A stretch of DNA of 64,000 nucleotides, from positions 288,001 through 352,000 of the forward strand of contig CAWDYC010000005.1 in assembly GCA_963806535.1 (NCBI GenBank). The letters run 5' to 3'. The notes beneath the pieces are model-generated. The model saw only the letters and a program-made list of their open reading frames with translations. It searched no databases and was not told the origin of the DNA. Both the position numbers and the translations under genes were made by a program. Origin of the DNA: Candidatus Bathyarchaeota archaeon. GTDB taxonomy: Archaea > Thermoproteota > Bathyarchaeia > Bathyarchaeales > Bathycorpusculaceae. This document shows positions 1 through 11,183 of this stretch, one piece after another (position 1 is the first letter of the stretch; each line of letters opens with the position of its first letter).

Positions 1-1458
1 GCAGCCTTTTTGACGCCTCAAATAATCAGTAACGACTTGAAAAAAATAGAAACTAAAGATTTTGATTTAATCCTTGTTCCTGGACTGATTCGAGGTGACA
101 CTTCAATCATTTTCAAAGTCACCGGTATTTCAACATTTAAGGGTCCAAAATACGCCGCTGACTTGCCGACTATTCTTGATTCGCTAGGCGAAGTAACTCT
201 TTCAACGGATACTCCCGCAGATGAATTGCTCAAAGAAAAACTTGAAAAAAAGGCTCTTGAGGAAATAGCAAAAGTTGAAAAAAACAAAAATGCCCTTCTT
301 AAATGCCCAGGCAATATTTTGATTAAGAATTTGGCTATCGGCAAAGATTTTCCTATGCGGGTTTTGGGCGAAATAGTTGATGCCGCCCAAATGAGCGATT
401 TGGAGATTCAGCGTTTGGCTAAGCACTATGTCCAAGCTGGCGCAGACGTTATTGATGTTGGCATGGTTGTTGGCGAGACCAGACCAAAAGATGCGAAGCG
501 AATTGTTGCCGCAGTCAAAGCAGCCGTAAACGCTCCTGTGAGCATTGATTCGCTCGATTCCGAAGAAATCAAAGCTGCAGTTTCTGCTGGCGCTGATTTG
601 GTGCTGAGTGCTGATGCAGGAAATATCACTTCAATAGCATCTTTCATAAGAAATGTTGCCGTTGTAGTTATTCCGACAAACCAAAAAGAAGGGTACTTCC
701 CCAAGAAGGCCCTGGATCGCGTACATCTACTCGAAGAAATAATTGATGAAGCTAACCGATTAGGCGTAACAAGAGTTTTAGCCGATCTAATTTTGGATCC
801 GACAGAAATTCTAGAATCATTTGATGCATTCCGTCAATTTGAAAAGAAAAATCCAGAAATCCCCCTCTTTATAGGCATTTCAAACGTTACCGAGTTGATA
901 GATGCAGATTCAATAGGGGTAAATGCTCTGCTTACCAAATTATCCTCGGAGATAAGTGCAAGTATGCTGTTAGCAACAGAAAAAAGCGACAAAACAAAAG
1001 GAACAATTAAAGAAGAAGCCATCGCTGCCAAAATGATGTTCTTAGCTAAAAAAAGAGGCTCAGTGCCCAAGGATCTCGGAATAGACCTTCTAGTATTCAA
1101 AAATAAGCGAAATCGAGAGTCGCCATACGACAAAAGGGTTGAACAAAAAAGCCGCGTTTTGCTTGCAACCCAAAAAGAGCAACCAGTTAAGCTTGATAAA
1201 GAGGGATCGTTCAGGATTTTTGTGGATCGAGATGGACAAAACATCGTTGCACAGCATTTCATATTGACTGATGAGTTAGCGCCGAGCCTGATAATTAAGG
1301 GGAAAACGGCTGAGCAGGTTTACGGTCTGATTATTGAATCTGGTTTGGTTACAAGGCTTGAACACGCGGCTTACTTGGGAGGTGAGTTGCAGAAAGCAGA
1401 AATCGGGTTAAGGACGGGTAAAGAATACCTTCAAGATAAAAGGATGTTTAAAGAATAA
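1..1458 (+). CDS. Dihydropteroate synthase-like protein (methanopterin pathway, MJ0107-like) with C-terminal DUF4346-like domain; probably 5'-truncated by the window edge
   Basis: Pterin-binding barrel motifs GADVIDVG, VSIDS, GISNVTELIDADSIGVNALL; C-terminal HAAYLGGELQKAE. Confidence 0.8.
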   Translation, partial: AAFLTPQIISNDLKKIETKDFDLILVPGLIRGDTSIIFKVTGISTFKGPKYAADLPTILDSLGEVTLSTDTPADELLKEKLEKKALEEIAKVEKNKNALLKCPGNILIKNLAIGKDFPMRVLGEIVDAAQMSDLEIQRLAKHYVQAGADVIDVGMVVGETRPKDAKRIVAAVKAAVNAPVSIDSLDSEEIKAAVSAGADLVLSADAGNITSIASFIRNVAVVVIPTNQKEGYFPKKALDRVHLLEEIIDEANRLGVTRVLADLILDPTEILESFDAFRQFEKKNPEIPLFIGISNVTELIDADSIGVNALLTKLSSEISASMLLATEKSDKTKGTIKEEAIAAKMMFLAKKRGSVPKDLGIDLLVFKNKRNRESPYDKRVEQKSRVLLATQKEQPVKLDKEGSFRIFVDRDGQNIVAQHFILTDELAPSLIIKGKTAEQVYGLIIESGLVTRLEHAAYLGGELQKAEIGLRTGKEYLQDKRMFKE

Positions 1459-2610
1459 TTAGAGTTTTTTGAATATTTTTAGTTTTTCACTCATGCCTTT
1501 GCCGAGGTAAATGTTACTGAATACGGACCCTTCGCTTTCTTGGAGTCTCATTGTGTCAATGAGTTGTTTATATTTTCCTCCAGCTAATCCATTAGCAAAT
1601 ACTGCTGCGCCTTCCGCTGCTTGTTTGGTTATCGCCGCTTTGCTCTGAAGCACCGATATGCCTATTTTCAAACCTGTTGTTGCAAAGAAATCTGAAAGTT
1701 TCCTCTTCAAATCAACTGTAAATTCTGGTATTCTCGTAAATCTTCCGCTAAGGACTATTTCCTTTGGCTTAACAGATGGGAGAAGCGATGCAACATCTTT
1801 CATAATAGATTCGAGCATTAGGCTATACCCGTCTTTTACTTGCGGGATTGTTTTTGCGTTTTTTACGAATTCTTCTAGCGGCTTCGAGGTGTCAATTCCT
1901 GAAAATGAAGATACTCCTCCAGCGAAAAGGAGTTGTTTTGAAAAGTCTTCTGTGACGTTGGCTACGGCGTAAGCTACTTCTGAATCAAGAAAACCCATTC
2001 CGAGAAATGATGGGAAGCCTGCTGTTCCTGCCATGGCATCAATTACTTGCCCGTTTTGGACTGCCACTGCTGATGTGTATCCAAATCCAACTTCGAGAAG
2101 AATAAATGATGTTTCGTTGTATGAGATTTTTAGCCTTTCAGCCTGATCTTTTTCCGCTAAAATGACACTTAGAAGTTTGTCTGATGTTCCCATGTCTATT
2201 TTGTTAACTTTTCTATATTTTGGCACAGTTTTTAGTTGAATGATTCCCTGAGTAAAGAACGTGTTTAAGTCGTTTGCGTCCCGCAGAAGCAACATAAGCT
2301 CTCGTAAACCAATTATTCTGAGTCGCTTTTTGACATCGGCTTCTGTCACAAAAGTCGCCTCTGCAATTTCCTCATCTGTTGCATCATGAGCTTTTTTTAG
2401 TTGGATCCCATAACCAGACGGCCCAACAATTGCATCGATTTTTCCTACTCGAATTTGTGCTTCTCTTAGTTTTTCGACAACCAGTTTGGCGCTTTTTGTT
2501 ATTTCATCTCTTGGAATTGCAACGTCAATTATAGTGCTCCCGTCTTTGTCATCGAACCCGAAAATATCCATTGTTTTTGTTCCAGAGTCAATTCCAATGG
2601 CTTTTACCAA
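1459..2610 (-). CDS. DUF1464 family ASKHA-fold (butyrate-kinase-like) protein
   Basis: IGIDSGTKTMD, GPSGYG, NKIDMGTSDK, LLEVGFGY, KQAAEGAA. Confidence 0.75.
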   Translation of the reverse strand: MVKAIGIDSGTKTMDIFGFDDKDGSTIIDVAIPRDEITKSAKLVVEKLREAQIRVGKIDAIVGPSGYGIQLKKAHDATDEEIAEATFVTEADVKKRLRIIGLRELMLLLRDANDLNTFFTQGIIQLKTVPKYRKVNKIDMGTSDKLLSVILAEKDQAERLKISYNETSFILLEVGFGYTSAVAVQNGQVIDAMAGTAGFPSFLGMGFLDSEVAYAVANVTEDFSKQLLFAGGVSSFSGIDTSKPLEEFVKNAKTIPQVKDGYSLMLESIMKDVASLLPSVKPKEIVLSGRFTRIPEFTVDLKRKLSDFFATTGLKIGISVLQSKAAITKQAAEGAAVFANGLAGGKYKQLIDTMRLQESEGSVFSNIYLGKGMSEKLKIFKKL

Positions 2611-2616
2611 AGAATA

Positions 2617-3576
2617 TTACTCCTTAATAGATGCTCCACTGTTAGCTGCTTTAGTGTAGAAAACTTCTCCTCCGCCGTTTCTTGACAGGTAATCTTTAAG
2701 TTCTTTTGTCAAGAGTTCAGCTTGGCTTTGCCTGTCGACTATACCATAGATTGTTGGTCCCCATGAGGTTTGGCAAGCACATGTGCTCCTTTTCAAAATG
2801 ATTTTTATTGCTTCTTCGACTACAGGATGGCAATAAGTTCTGCCACATTGATATTCATTCCAGAACTTACCCAGCTCCGAATTAAAAGCAGTTAATCCTT
2901 CGCCAAAAGATTTAAGGTCAATCTCAACGATAGAAGGGATAATTTTAACTAACACAATTCTTGAGAGCTTATCTGAGGTTTCTTTGGGCATCAATTTGAG
3001 GTTCCTAAGGATGTGGTCTTCGTTTTCCCGCATTTTCACGATTTTCTCCTGCGGTTCATTTGCTATGGCGATAACGAAAAGCCAGTTGTTTGGCACTGCT
3101 TGGTGGAAAATTAGTGGCGGAATCATTTTTTCTCGCTGATCGACTCTAAAACCACCTTCAACAATGAAACCGCCGACTTTGAATGCGTGAACTCCCAAGC
3201 TTGTTATGGCGCCTCTCTGCATAGTCAATGCGATTTGCTCAGTGGTTAATTGCAGTCCATACAATTTTGCTAAAGCAGAACCTATCGACAACGCCAAAGT
3301 TGTATGGTACCCCATTCCCACAAACTTTGGAATACTCTTCTTAACCTTAACTTCAGCCCCAGCAATGTCAAATGCGTCAACAAAACGGCTGGCAAATAGG
3401 TAAGCCGCTTCATCTTCAGACTTAACGTCGACGGCTTTTGCGACTTCAACCTCAAGAAGACGGTCAACTGCGAAACCAACTGTTCCGTAGAGTCTTCCAA
3501 GGTCTCCAGTCATGTCGAAATTGCCAGTGTGCAAGTGAGCTGGAGCGGTTACTGTAACTTTGTTAGTTTTTTGCAT
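2617..3576 (-). CDS. Beta-RFAP synthase family GHMP-fold protein (divergent paralog)
   Basis: TAPAHLHTG..DLGRLYGTVG, GGFIVEGG, QTSWGPTIYG. Confidence 0.75.
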   Translation of the reverse strand: MQKTNKVTVTAPAHLHTGNFDMTGDLGRLYGTVGFAVDRLLEVEVAKAVDVKSEDEAAYLFASRFVDAFDIAGAEVKVKKSIPKFVGMGYHTTLALSIGSALAKLYGLQLTTEQIALTMQRGAITSLGVHAFKVGGFIVEGGFRVDQREKMIPPLIFHQAVPNNWLFVIAIANEPQEKIVKMRENEDHILRNLKLMPKETSDKLSRIVLVKIIPSIVEIDLKSFGEGLTAFNSELGKFWNEYQCGRTYCHPVVEEAIKIILKRSTCACQTSWGPTIYGIVDRQSQAELLTKELKDYLSRNGGGEVFYTKAANSGASIKE

Positions 3577-3632
3577 TCTGTCCACTGCACGGTGATGCAC
3601 CAGAGCAGAATTATAAGTTTTTCGTTCGCCTG

Positions 3633-4590
3633 CTATCTGATAACTTTGATAATTGCTCCTCGATTATTTCCTTTAGCCACAAAAACCTCTCCGCCCACAC
3701 TCTTTAAAAGGAAAGCCTTAACTTTTGCAAGAGTTTCCTGTGCCTCGCCGCTTCTAATTACGCCATAAACGGTTGGTCCCCAAGAACTCTGTCCTGCACC
3801 ATAAACACCGTTTTCAAGCATGAACTCTATGCATTTTGCCGATGGAGAGCTTGAGTATCTGCCGCCTTGAGCTTGCGCAAAACTGTCGCCGACAATGCAT
3901 TGGATCTGTGTCATGGCTTCTCCAAAGCTTTTGATGTCTTTTTCAGCGACCGCTGGAAGAAGCTTCATCATGGTTAGCCGACAGATTTTGCCGACATCTT
4001 CCGCTGTCATAGGTGGAAGCTTCTCAAAAGCTGAAGCCTCAGCCTCATTTGCAAAACCCTTTTTTACATTCGGGATTGCAACAACAAAGCGCCATTCCTT
4101 AGGTAAGGGTTGCCGGCAAATAAGTGGAATAGTTTGTCGAGAAGGGTCTTTCGTGTTTCTTCCAGCATCCACAACCAATCCTCCTTCCTCGAATATTGCT
4201 GTGCCCACACCTGACTGAGCTGTCCTACCCATCGCAACGGCAAATTCATGAATAGAACCTTCCACATCAAACAAACGCGAAATTGAGGCGGCAACTGCCA
4301 AAGCTAACTGCGTTCCCGAGCCAAGCCCAATGTGTTGAGGAATCACCTGCTTAACATCTACTGCAACCTTTTCATTTATTTCATAGGCGAATAAAAACTG
4401 CTTAGCCAGCTTTTGGGTTAATTTAGCCATTTCGCCGTTGACCTTCAACGCTTGGGCTTTTTCGAGCTTCTAGAACCACATTTGGTTGGTCGATTGCTAC
4501 ACCTAACCCTCCGAAAATTCTGCCCAAGTCGCCATTCAAATCTACGAGTCCCAAATGCAATCGTGCAGGGGTTTTAACGTAAATCTTCAT
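3633..4590 (-). CDS. mptG: Beta-ribofuranosylaminobenzene 5'-phosphate synthase (one frameshift near 4450-4470)
   Basis: N-terminus MKIYVKTPARLHLGLVDLNGDLGRIFGG read from 4590; HIGLGSGTQLALA, GQSSWGPTVYG. Confidence 0.8.
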
Positions 4591-5087
4591 TTCTTGCCGT
4601 CCGCCGAATCTTCACGTTTGATTTCTGACTTGTCATAATCCAATTGGGCAAGAAGTTCAGACACGGTTTTGCGGGTGATAGGGTGCACGAAGTCGGCTGC
4701 GATTTCGGCTAAGGGAACAAGCACAAACGCTCTTTCAATCATTTTTGGGTGCGGCACATGAAGGTCCCTTTCATCGATAATTTTTTTTCCATAAAAAAGG
4801 ATGTCCAAATCAATTATGCGTGGTCCATTCCTCTCGACTGATTTTCTACCCGATTTTTGCTCAATATCCTTTAGAAACAAAAGCAACTGCATAGGCGCCA
4901 ATTTCGTTTCGACTTTGGCAACGCCGTTAAGAAACCAATCCTGCTCTTCAATGTACATAGGCTTAGTTTCATATAGAGCAGACCGTTTGAGTATCTTCAT
5001 TTTTTGCTTAAGGGCTTCAAAAGCATTGTTGATGTTAGCTTCCCGGTCTCCAATGTTTGAGCCAAAAGCAATGTAAACTTCAACCAT
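4587..5087 (-). CDS. folK: 6-hydroxymethyl-7,8-dihydropterin pyrophosphokinase (HPPK)
   Basis: YIAFGSNIGDR, FLNGV, RNGPRIIDLDIL, PHPKMIERAFVLVPL. Confidence 0.95.
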   Translation of the reverse strand: MVEVYIAFGSNIGDREANINNAFEALKQKMKILKRSALYETKPMYIEEQDWFLNGVAKVETKLAPMQLLLFLKDIEQKSGRKSVERNGPRIIDLDILFYGKKIIDERDLHVPHPKMIERAFVLVPLAEIAADFVHPITRKTVSELLAQLDYDKSEIKREDSADGKK

Positions 5088-5436
5088 GACGGTCCCTGGA
5101 AATTTCAATTCCCATCATAGGTTGTATTGCATACTTTTCCTTCTTAACTGCAATAACAACTCTTGACGCAAGAGAATTCTCCAAAATTAATGAAGCCACA
5201 CCTTCTGCAATGCGCTCCAAAAGTTTGAACTCACCGGTTGTGACAAAATCAGTTACTTTCTCTTGAATGCCAGAGTAGCTTATGCTTTTGCTTAGAATAT
5301 CTGTATTTCCTGCTGTACTGAGATCGCAAAAAACCTCAATGTCGACCACAACATTCTGCTTTTTTGCCCGCTCTTCTTTGGTCACTCCGACTTTGCAAGA
5401 TATAACTAAGTTCTTAACAAAAATCTTGTCCATCAA
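5080..5436 (-). CDS. folB: Dihydroneopterin aldolase
   Basis: DKIFVKNL..VGVTKEER..Q, SISYS, FKLLERIAE. Confidence 0.9.
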   Translation of the reverse strand: MMDKIFVKNLVISCKVGVTKEERAKKQNVVVDIEVFCDLSTAGNTDILSKSISYSGIQEKVTDFVTTGEFKLLERIAEGVASLILENSLASRVVIAVKKEKYAIQPMMGIEISRDRHG

Positions 5437-5455
5437 TGATGCTTCCTAAGCGAAC

Positions 5456-5818
5456 TCAGCTTTCAAAATATTCGCACCAGCTCTTGGACGTTTCCCAAAT
5501 TCTTACCTTTTCCAAAGACACTCCAGTCCGCAAATTATCTTTTAAGCTTTGAAAAATGTAGCGGGAAATATTTTCTGTTGACGGATTACCTATTTCTTTC
5601 AAGTCATTAAGATAGCTATGATCAAACTTTTCGGTTATTTTGAGTAATTGCTCTTTTAGGGCTCTGAGGTCAACTGAAACGCCGATTGAATCTAGTTGTT
5701 TTGTTAGGAAAAAAGCTTCGACTTTGTAGGTGTGGCCATGTAGGTTGGAACATTTGCCCTTGTAACCATCCAGTTTATGCGCCGCGTCAAATTCAGACTT
5801 CACTCTTAATCTGAACAT
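5456..5818 (-). CDS. queD: 6-carboxy-5,6,7,8-tetrahydropterin synthase (PTPS family)
   Basis: FDAAHKL..YKGKCSNLHGHTY, DHSYLND, NPSTENI, IWET. Confidence 0.9.
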   Translation of the reverse strand: MFRLRVKSEFDAAHKLDGYKGKCSNLHGHTYKVEAFFLTKQLDSIGVSVDLRALKEQLLKITEKFDHSYLNDLKEIGNPSTENISRYIFQSLKDNLRTGVSLEKVRIWETSKSWCEYFES

Positions 5819-5834
5819 TTAGCTTATATCCGTC

Positions 5835-6599
5835 CTAAAGTGTTCCTCGCCATTCTGAATAGGCATTGTGGTCATGGATAGATTCGTAACTGGAACATCT
5901 GACAACACAGGGCCTTTGGGGGTACTTTTCTCTTAGCGACTGGACACATTTCCTAACAACGTCTTCAACGAATCTTGCGTTTTCATGCATTTGCTCAACT
6001 AGCCTCTTTTCTTCAGGTCTCTTCAAAATCGAAAATGTGGGTGAACTGAAACTTTCGTTGCAAACATGGATAATGTCAGATAATTCGATTTTTCCTTTTG
6101 AAACGTCAATATCTATGCTTAAGTTTCCCCGTTGGTTATGGGTTAAACCGTTGCACATTTCTTTTGAACATGGACAAGCAAGTGCGCCGTTAACTGAAAC
6201 ACCCAAAGTCTTCCTCCTGGTTTGGGTCGAGTATCTTGCAGACATTTGGGCTATCCCATTTTCTATTTCACCATTTGGCCTTGTTCGTTCAAATGGAAAT
6301 TCACAAAAAACTTTTGTGCAGCAGTCAAAACGATGTTTTGCCAAGGAGGTTTCAGAGATTTTTTCAGCTAAGTCCTCGATTGAAGTTGTTTCTTCAGGGA
6401 TTTCGTCAATGGATTCAGCGAACCTGCTCATGTGTACTCCGCGGAGGTTTGAAGGCAATTTTATGTAGCTGTTGATTGTAACAATTGTGTGATAGTTTTT
6501 TGTTGGGCTTTTAACCACAACGTATTTTCTTAGCCCTTCAACTCCAACTTTGTTTAGTTCAATCTCATTTTCCGGCTTTTCATTCTGGACGTCTTTCAA
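5835..6599 (-). CDS. mptA: GTP cyclohydrolase IB / MptA (FolE2 family)
   Basis: DVQN, RGVHMSRF, ACPCS, HNQRG, LKRPEE, FVEDVVR, ESIHDHNA. Confidence 0.85.
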   Translation of the reverse strand: MKDVQNEKPENEIELNKVGVEGLRKYVVVKSPTKNYHTIVTINSYIKLPSNLRGVHMSRFAESIDEIPEETTSIEDLAEKISETSLAKHRFDCCTKVFCEFPFERTRPNGEIENGIAQMSARYSTQTRRKTLGVSVNGALACPCSKEMCNGLTHNQRGNLSIDIDVSKGKIELSDIIHVCNESFSSPTFSILKRPEEKRLVEQMHENARFVEDVVRKCVQSLREKYPQRPCVVRCSSYESIHDHNAYSEWRGTL

Positions 6600-7237
6600 T
6601 ACTTATGCCTCGATTGTCCGAAGGTTTTCGATGCCCTTTACAGACAGAAAATGTGTCTTTGACAAAACTTGTTATATGTTGCTCACCTTAACTCTGTTCT
6701 ATTGGGTTTTGTCAACTGCTCATTCAAATGCTTCATTAACTGTCTGAATATTTTTTCAAAGCTGTGTAATTTTTTACATCGCTCGGCTATAAAAGACTTT
6801 CCAGTGTCTGAAAAGCAAGCCATTGGTATTGACACATAAATGTTAAATTCTGACCAACTAAAAAGCATGGTAAAAAGCCAAAATTATTCGCCTATTTTCA
6901 GAGGTTATTTAGCTTATAGCGTCAGTTTTTGAGCTATTTTAGCGACTTGCGACAGAACATTTACTCTTTGGCAAATTTTAAATACAAATTGAAGGCAATT
7001 GTAGCTTTGAGGTTAATAGAGTGGCTAAAGCTCCAAAAAAGGTAGAGAAAAAGGTTAAAAAGAAAAAATAAGCATTCTCTAAGTCTATCTAAATCCTCAT
7101 TTTTCTTTTCTAATTCAATATCACTGAACAGCCTAAAAGTAAACATTAAAAGCAAGAAGCAAGCTAAAATTAAATGGCTTTTAGCCTCAGATTTTGGTCT
7201 AAAAGAAACTTTATCTCTTTAAACTAAATTAACTAGA

Positions 7238-8185
7238 TTGAACGGTGAGAACAAAATTTGGAAAGCAACTCTGTTAAGTACAAACATAGCTGGTCTGCAG
7301 CTGGAAAACCCAACCATTTTAGCTTCTGGAATTTTGGGTTACTCAGCAGAATCCTTAAACCGCGTTGCAAAAGGTGGCGCAGGAGCAGTGGTCACAAAAT
7401 CCATAGGAATAGAACCCCGAGTCGGCTACCCAAACCCAACAGTGGTCCAAGCAGAGGCTGGATTAATTAACGCTATGGGCTTACCGAACCCAGGCATCGA
7501 CACTTTACAGTCAAGAGATTAAATATTGTAAAACAATTCTGCGTGTACCACTTATTGTAAGTGTGTTTGGTTATTCAGCAGACGAATATGCTACGGTTGC
7601 CAAAAAAGCAGTTGATGCAGGCGCTGATGCGGTGGAACTGAACGTTTCCTGTCCACATGTACAGTTTACGGGCGCAGAAATTGGTCAAAACCCGAAGCTT
7701 CTTGCTGAAGTGGTTGAAAAAGTGAAGGCAGCAGTCGGCAAACCCATACTGGTGAAACTTTCGCCAAACGTTGCAAATATAGCTGTGATCAGCTAGAGCT
7801 GCTGTTGAGGCTGGAGCAGACGCCTTGACGGCTGTAAATACGCTTAAAGCAATGGCGATTGATTCCGAAACGATGCGTCCAATCTTAAGCAATCTTAAAG
7901 GCGGATTATCTGGTCCAGCAGTAAAGCCCGTGGCGCTTGCGATGTGTTTATGACATCCGCGAAGAACTGCCTGACGTGCCAATAATAGGTTGCGGCGGAA
8001 TAACAGATTGGCGAGATGCCGTTGAGTTTTTGTTGGCTGGTGCTTCAGCCGTTCAAGTTGGCACAGCCATCGCGTTGGAGAACACAGAGGTTTTCCAAGC
8101 AATAACTAAGGGCATGGAAGTTTATTTGAGAAAGAAACATTATGGGAGTGTAAAAGAAATTGTCAACCTCGCTCACCGCAGTTAA
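7238..8185 (+). CDS. pyrD: Dihydroorotate dehydrogenase 1B catalytic subunit (split by about three frameshifts)
   Basis: [53 protein letters not shown] across fragments. Confidence 0.9.
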
Positions 8186-8980
8186 TACACTTAGAACAAG
8201 CGAAATAGTGCAAATTAGAACTGAGAGTCCAACAGTTAAAACCTTCATCCTGACTGACAAATTATGTACAAAAGCTAAGCCAGGACAGTTCTTGATGCTT
8301 TGGATTCCAGGCATAGATGAAATCCCCTTGAGCATAATGGACACGAGCAATGGATTAGTTTCTGTTTCCGTGAAAGCAGTTGGCGACGCAACACGACATC
8401 TGCACAGCATGGAAGCAGGCCAAACTGTTGGCGTACGTGGACCTTTCGGAAACAGTTTCACTGAAAGCCGAGGCAGAGTTCTGCTGGTAAGCGGTGGAAC
8501 AGGAACGGCGCCTTTGCTGTTTCTTGGCTAAGCAGCTTTCAGCTAAAACTGAACGGTTGTCCTTTGTTGAAGGTGCCAAAACCAAAGATGAGCTTCTCTT
8601 TATTCGAGAACTTAACGGTGTCTGCAACGAGAAAAACTTAATCACAACAACTGAAGATGGCACTTATGGTTTGCAATGCATGGTAACTGAACCACTTGCC
8701 AAACTCTTGGACAGAGAAAAATTCGATATGATCTACACATGTGGTCCAGAAGTTATGGTAAAAAAAATCTTTGAACTAACAGAACAACGCAAACTACCCA
8801 TTGAAGCAAGCCTTGAGAGGCTGATGCGCTGCGGAATTGGCTTATGCGGAAGCTGTGTGATTGGCAAATACCGTGTTTGCAGAGATGGACCAGTTTTTAC
8901 ATGCTGCTCAGCTGCGTGAAGTCAAAGATGAGTTAGGAATTTCAAAGATTGGCTTTGACGGTTCAAGAATTCCTTTCTAA
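8160..8980 (+). CDS. pyrK: Dihydroorotate dehydrogenase electron transfer subunit (frameshifted)
   Basis: PGQFLMLW, VRGPFGN, GGTGTAP, TCGPEVM, ERLMRCGIGLCGSC..CRDGPVF. Confidence 0.9.
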
Positions 8981-8991
8981 AGGTTCTTAAG

Positions 8992-9285
8992 ATGTCGCTT
9001 TCTCAGTCAGAACTCGAAGAGCTTGTTCGCAAAGCATTGCACTTATACAACAGGGTTAGGAGCCCCGAAGTCACAGCCAAACTCATATTTGTTTCACCAG
9101 CCATCATCACTATTTCTTTTTCTGGAGGCTTCTGCTATGGCTGCGGCATATTTGACATTGTTGAAGGTTTCGCTAATCAATTCAAAACATTCAGCGGCAA
9201 AGCAGAACTTAAAGTAGGCAAGACAAGACAAATTAATCCAAGAACCTTCGAAGCAGACTACACCCTAAAAATAAAATCAAATTAA
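8992..9285 (+). CDS. Small hypothetical protein with FSGGFCxxCG motif (NifU-C-like metal-binding)
   Basis: 97-aa ORF directly after pyrK; CYGC motif. Confidence 0.55.
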   Translation: MSLSQSELEELVRKALHLYNRVRSPEVTAKLIFVSPAIITISFSGGFCYGCGIFDIVEGFANQFKTFSGKAELKVGKTRQINPRTFEADYTLKIKSN

Positions 9286-9297
9286 CTTTCAGGTTTT

Positions 9298-9815
9298 TTA
9301 GCGTTTTAACCTGCGGTAAACGTTGATTATTTTTGTTTTGGCGAAGCCTACAATTGTCGGGGTAAAGATTGAAAGTGAAGCCAGAAGGAAATTAAGCGGA
9401 TAAACCATAGGGTATTCAAAGATGTTGCCGCCCCATGGACCTGCTATGTTTTGCATATTGCCCCAAAACTGAAAAAGTGACCAAGCAGTCGTCCAGAGCA
9501 ATGCGCCTCCAAGCCGAGCCAAATATTTCTGTCTTCTACTAAAAGTTGGAACCATGCATATTTGAGTAAAGTGAGTTCTCCTGCAATAGCTCCTGCGGCT
9601 CCCGGAAAAAAAGCGTTAACCAAAATTTTCTCCACTAAGTTGCCCGGAATAAAATGGCCAATCCAAGGAACCTCAAACAAACCTAAGACCGGTAAGTAAA
9701 CGCTGCCAGTGGCAAGTCGTATTGCAGCAGGCATTGCATAAATTATAATGCCTCCTAATTGCCAAATCCAAAACCGCCTGCTCCGAATAGTCCTTGCAAT
9801 AGCACTCAAATACAT
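9298..9815 (-). CDS. Hypothetical membrane protein (two overlapping ORFs, likely one frameshifted gene)
   Basis: Hydrophobic Trp-rich segments in ORFs 9444-9815 and 9298-9555. Confidence 0.55.
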
Positions 9816-9975
9816 AGCTTCTAAACTAACTGTTCAGGTTTAAAAAAGTCTTTCCAAAAAATGCCATCGGACTAAAAAAGTGGATGGTTCAGTAAGGCAT
9901 TCAATTTAGCGTCAGAATTGTCTTACAAAATTGAAGGAAGAGACGAGGGGTAGGCTATTTGCTTAGCCTTTTAAG

Positions 9976-11183
9976 TCAGCAAAAAGAGAAAAGAATTATT
10001 ATGTCTTCTTCTTGAGGTAATCCAATCTTGCGCAAGTAATCTTTTGCAAACTTTGGATTATATGATAGTAGCTCTTTGCTTCTTAGCAGTCTGCGCTCAA
10101 GTCTATCTAATGCAACTCTAAAAGTTGGTTCAACGCCCCAACCTTCACTCGCGCTAAAGAATGTTCCTCTTGCCGTTCGGAACTGCAAGCGACAATGAAC
10201 CAGCGGTGTACCTCTTAGGCTTGTGTTTCGGTGGCTTTTCATGTAAACAAAGAGCGTTCCCAACTGGAAAGCATCTTGGTATTTACGTGTGAAAGCGTCG
10301 AATTCTTCCATCATAAAGCCTTGCTGGTCAGGACTTATTTCTACGTCTTTAACACCGAACTGCACTGACAACTTCTTCTCAGCAACTTCTAATTGCGAAA
10401 TCAACTCAAGAAAGTCAAGCTTCGTTACAATGCCAACTAATCGTTCGTTTGAAACAATGGCTAAACAGGAAACATCACGATCATGCATTATCTTCTCTGC
10501 ATCTCGCAAACTCGTTTGAGATTCAACCGTAATAGCTGGCCTTGCCATTATGCCTTTAGCTGGGACACTTAAGGTTTCAATTTTTTCTCCAACAATATCG
10601 CCCCTTGTCTGGTGTCTTTGCGGCCAATAGATGTTCTTCAAAATATCTTCAATAGTAATCATTCCAACAAGTTTTCCGTTTTCCATAATTGGAACATGTG
10701 AGATACCATATTCTCTCATTAAACTTAGAACTGCTCCTACGGACCGGTTTGATTCAATGGTGTGTGGTGCTCTTGTCATTATTTTCTCAATAGCAGTTTT
10801 ACCCCACTCGTTAAGTACAGCTGCATGGATAATGTCTTCGTCAGTGACAAAACCAACTATCTTATTCTTTTCAAAAACGGGCAACTGCCTCATTTCACTT
10901 TCAATCATCAGCTTAGCCATTTTACTGACGGAAAAATCAAAAGCAACTGGAGGTGCAACCTTCATCAAAGTTCTGACTTTTGTCGTAGTGGGATCAAGTC
11001 TTGACCTTAAAATGGTGCGCCTTGATAATCATGCCTAGATATTTGCTTTTGTCATCTAAAACGGCTAAAACAGGAGGCTTACCTTTTTCGAACGCTTCTA
11101 AACATCGAGATAAGCGTATCGTTTTCTTGTACAGCGTTATAATCTTTTGAATAAACATCTTTTGCAAGAATTGCGGTTGACAT
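9976..11183 (-). CDS. CBS-domain protein with C-terminal HPF/RaiA-like domain (Hib-type ribosome hibernation factor); N-terminal frameshifts
   Basis: CBS repeats (LPVFEKNKIVGFVT, ISHVPIMENGKLVGMIT, LVGIVTKLD); C-terminal ..FFSASEGWGVEPTFRVALDRLERRLLR. Confidence 0.75.

Noticed and set aside
6600-7237. Short ORFs or an ncRNA in the AT-rich mptA-pyrD intergenic region
   Set aside because: No RBS, motif or convincing structure; likely divergent promoters.
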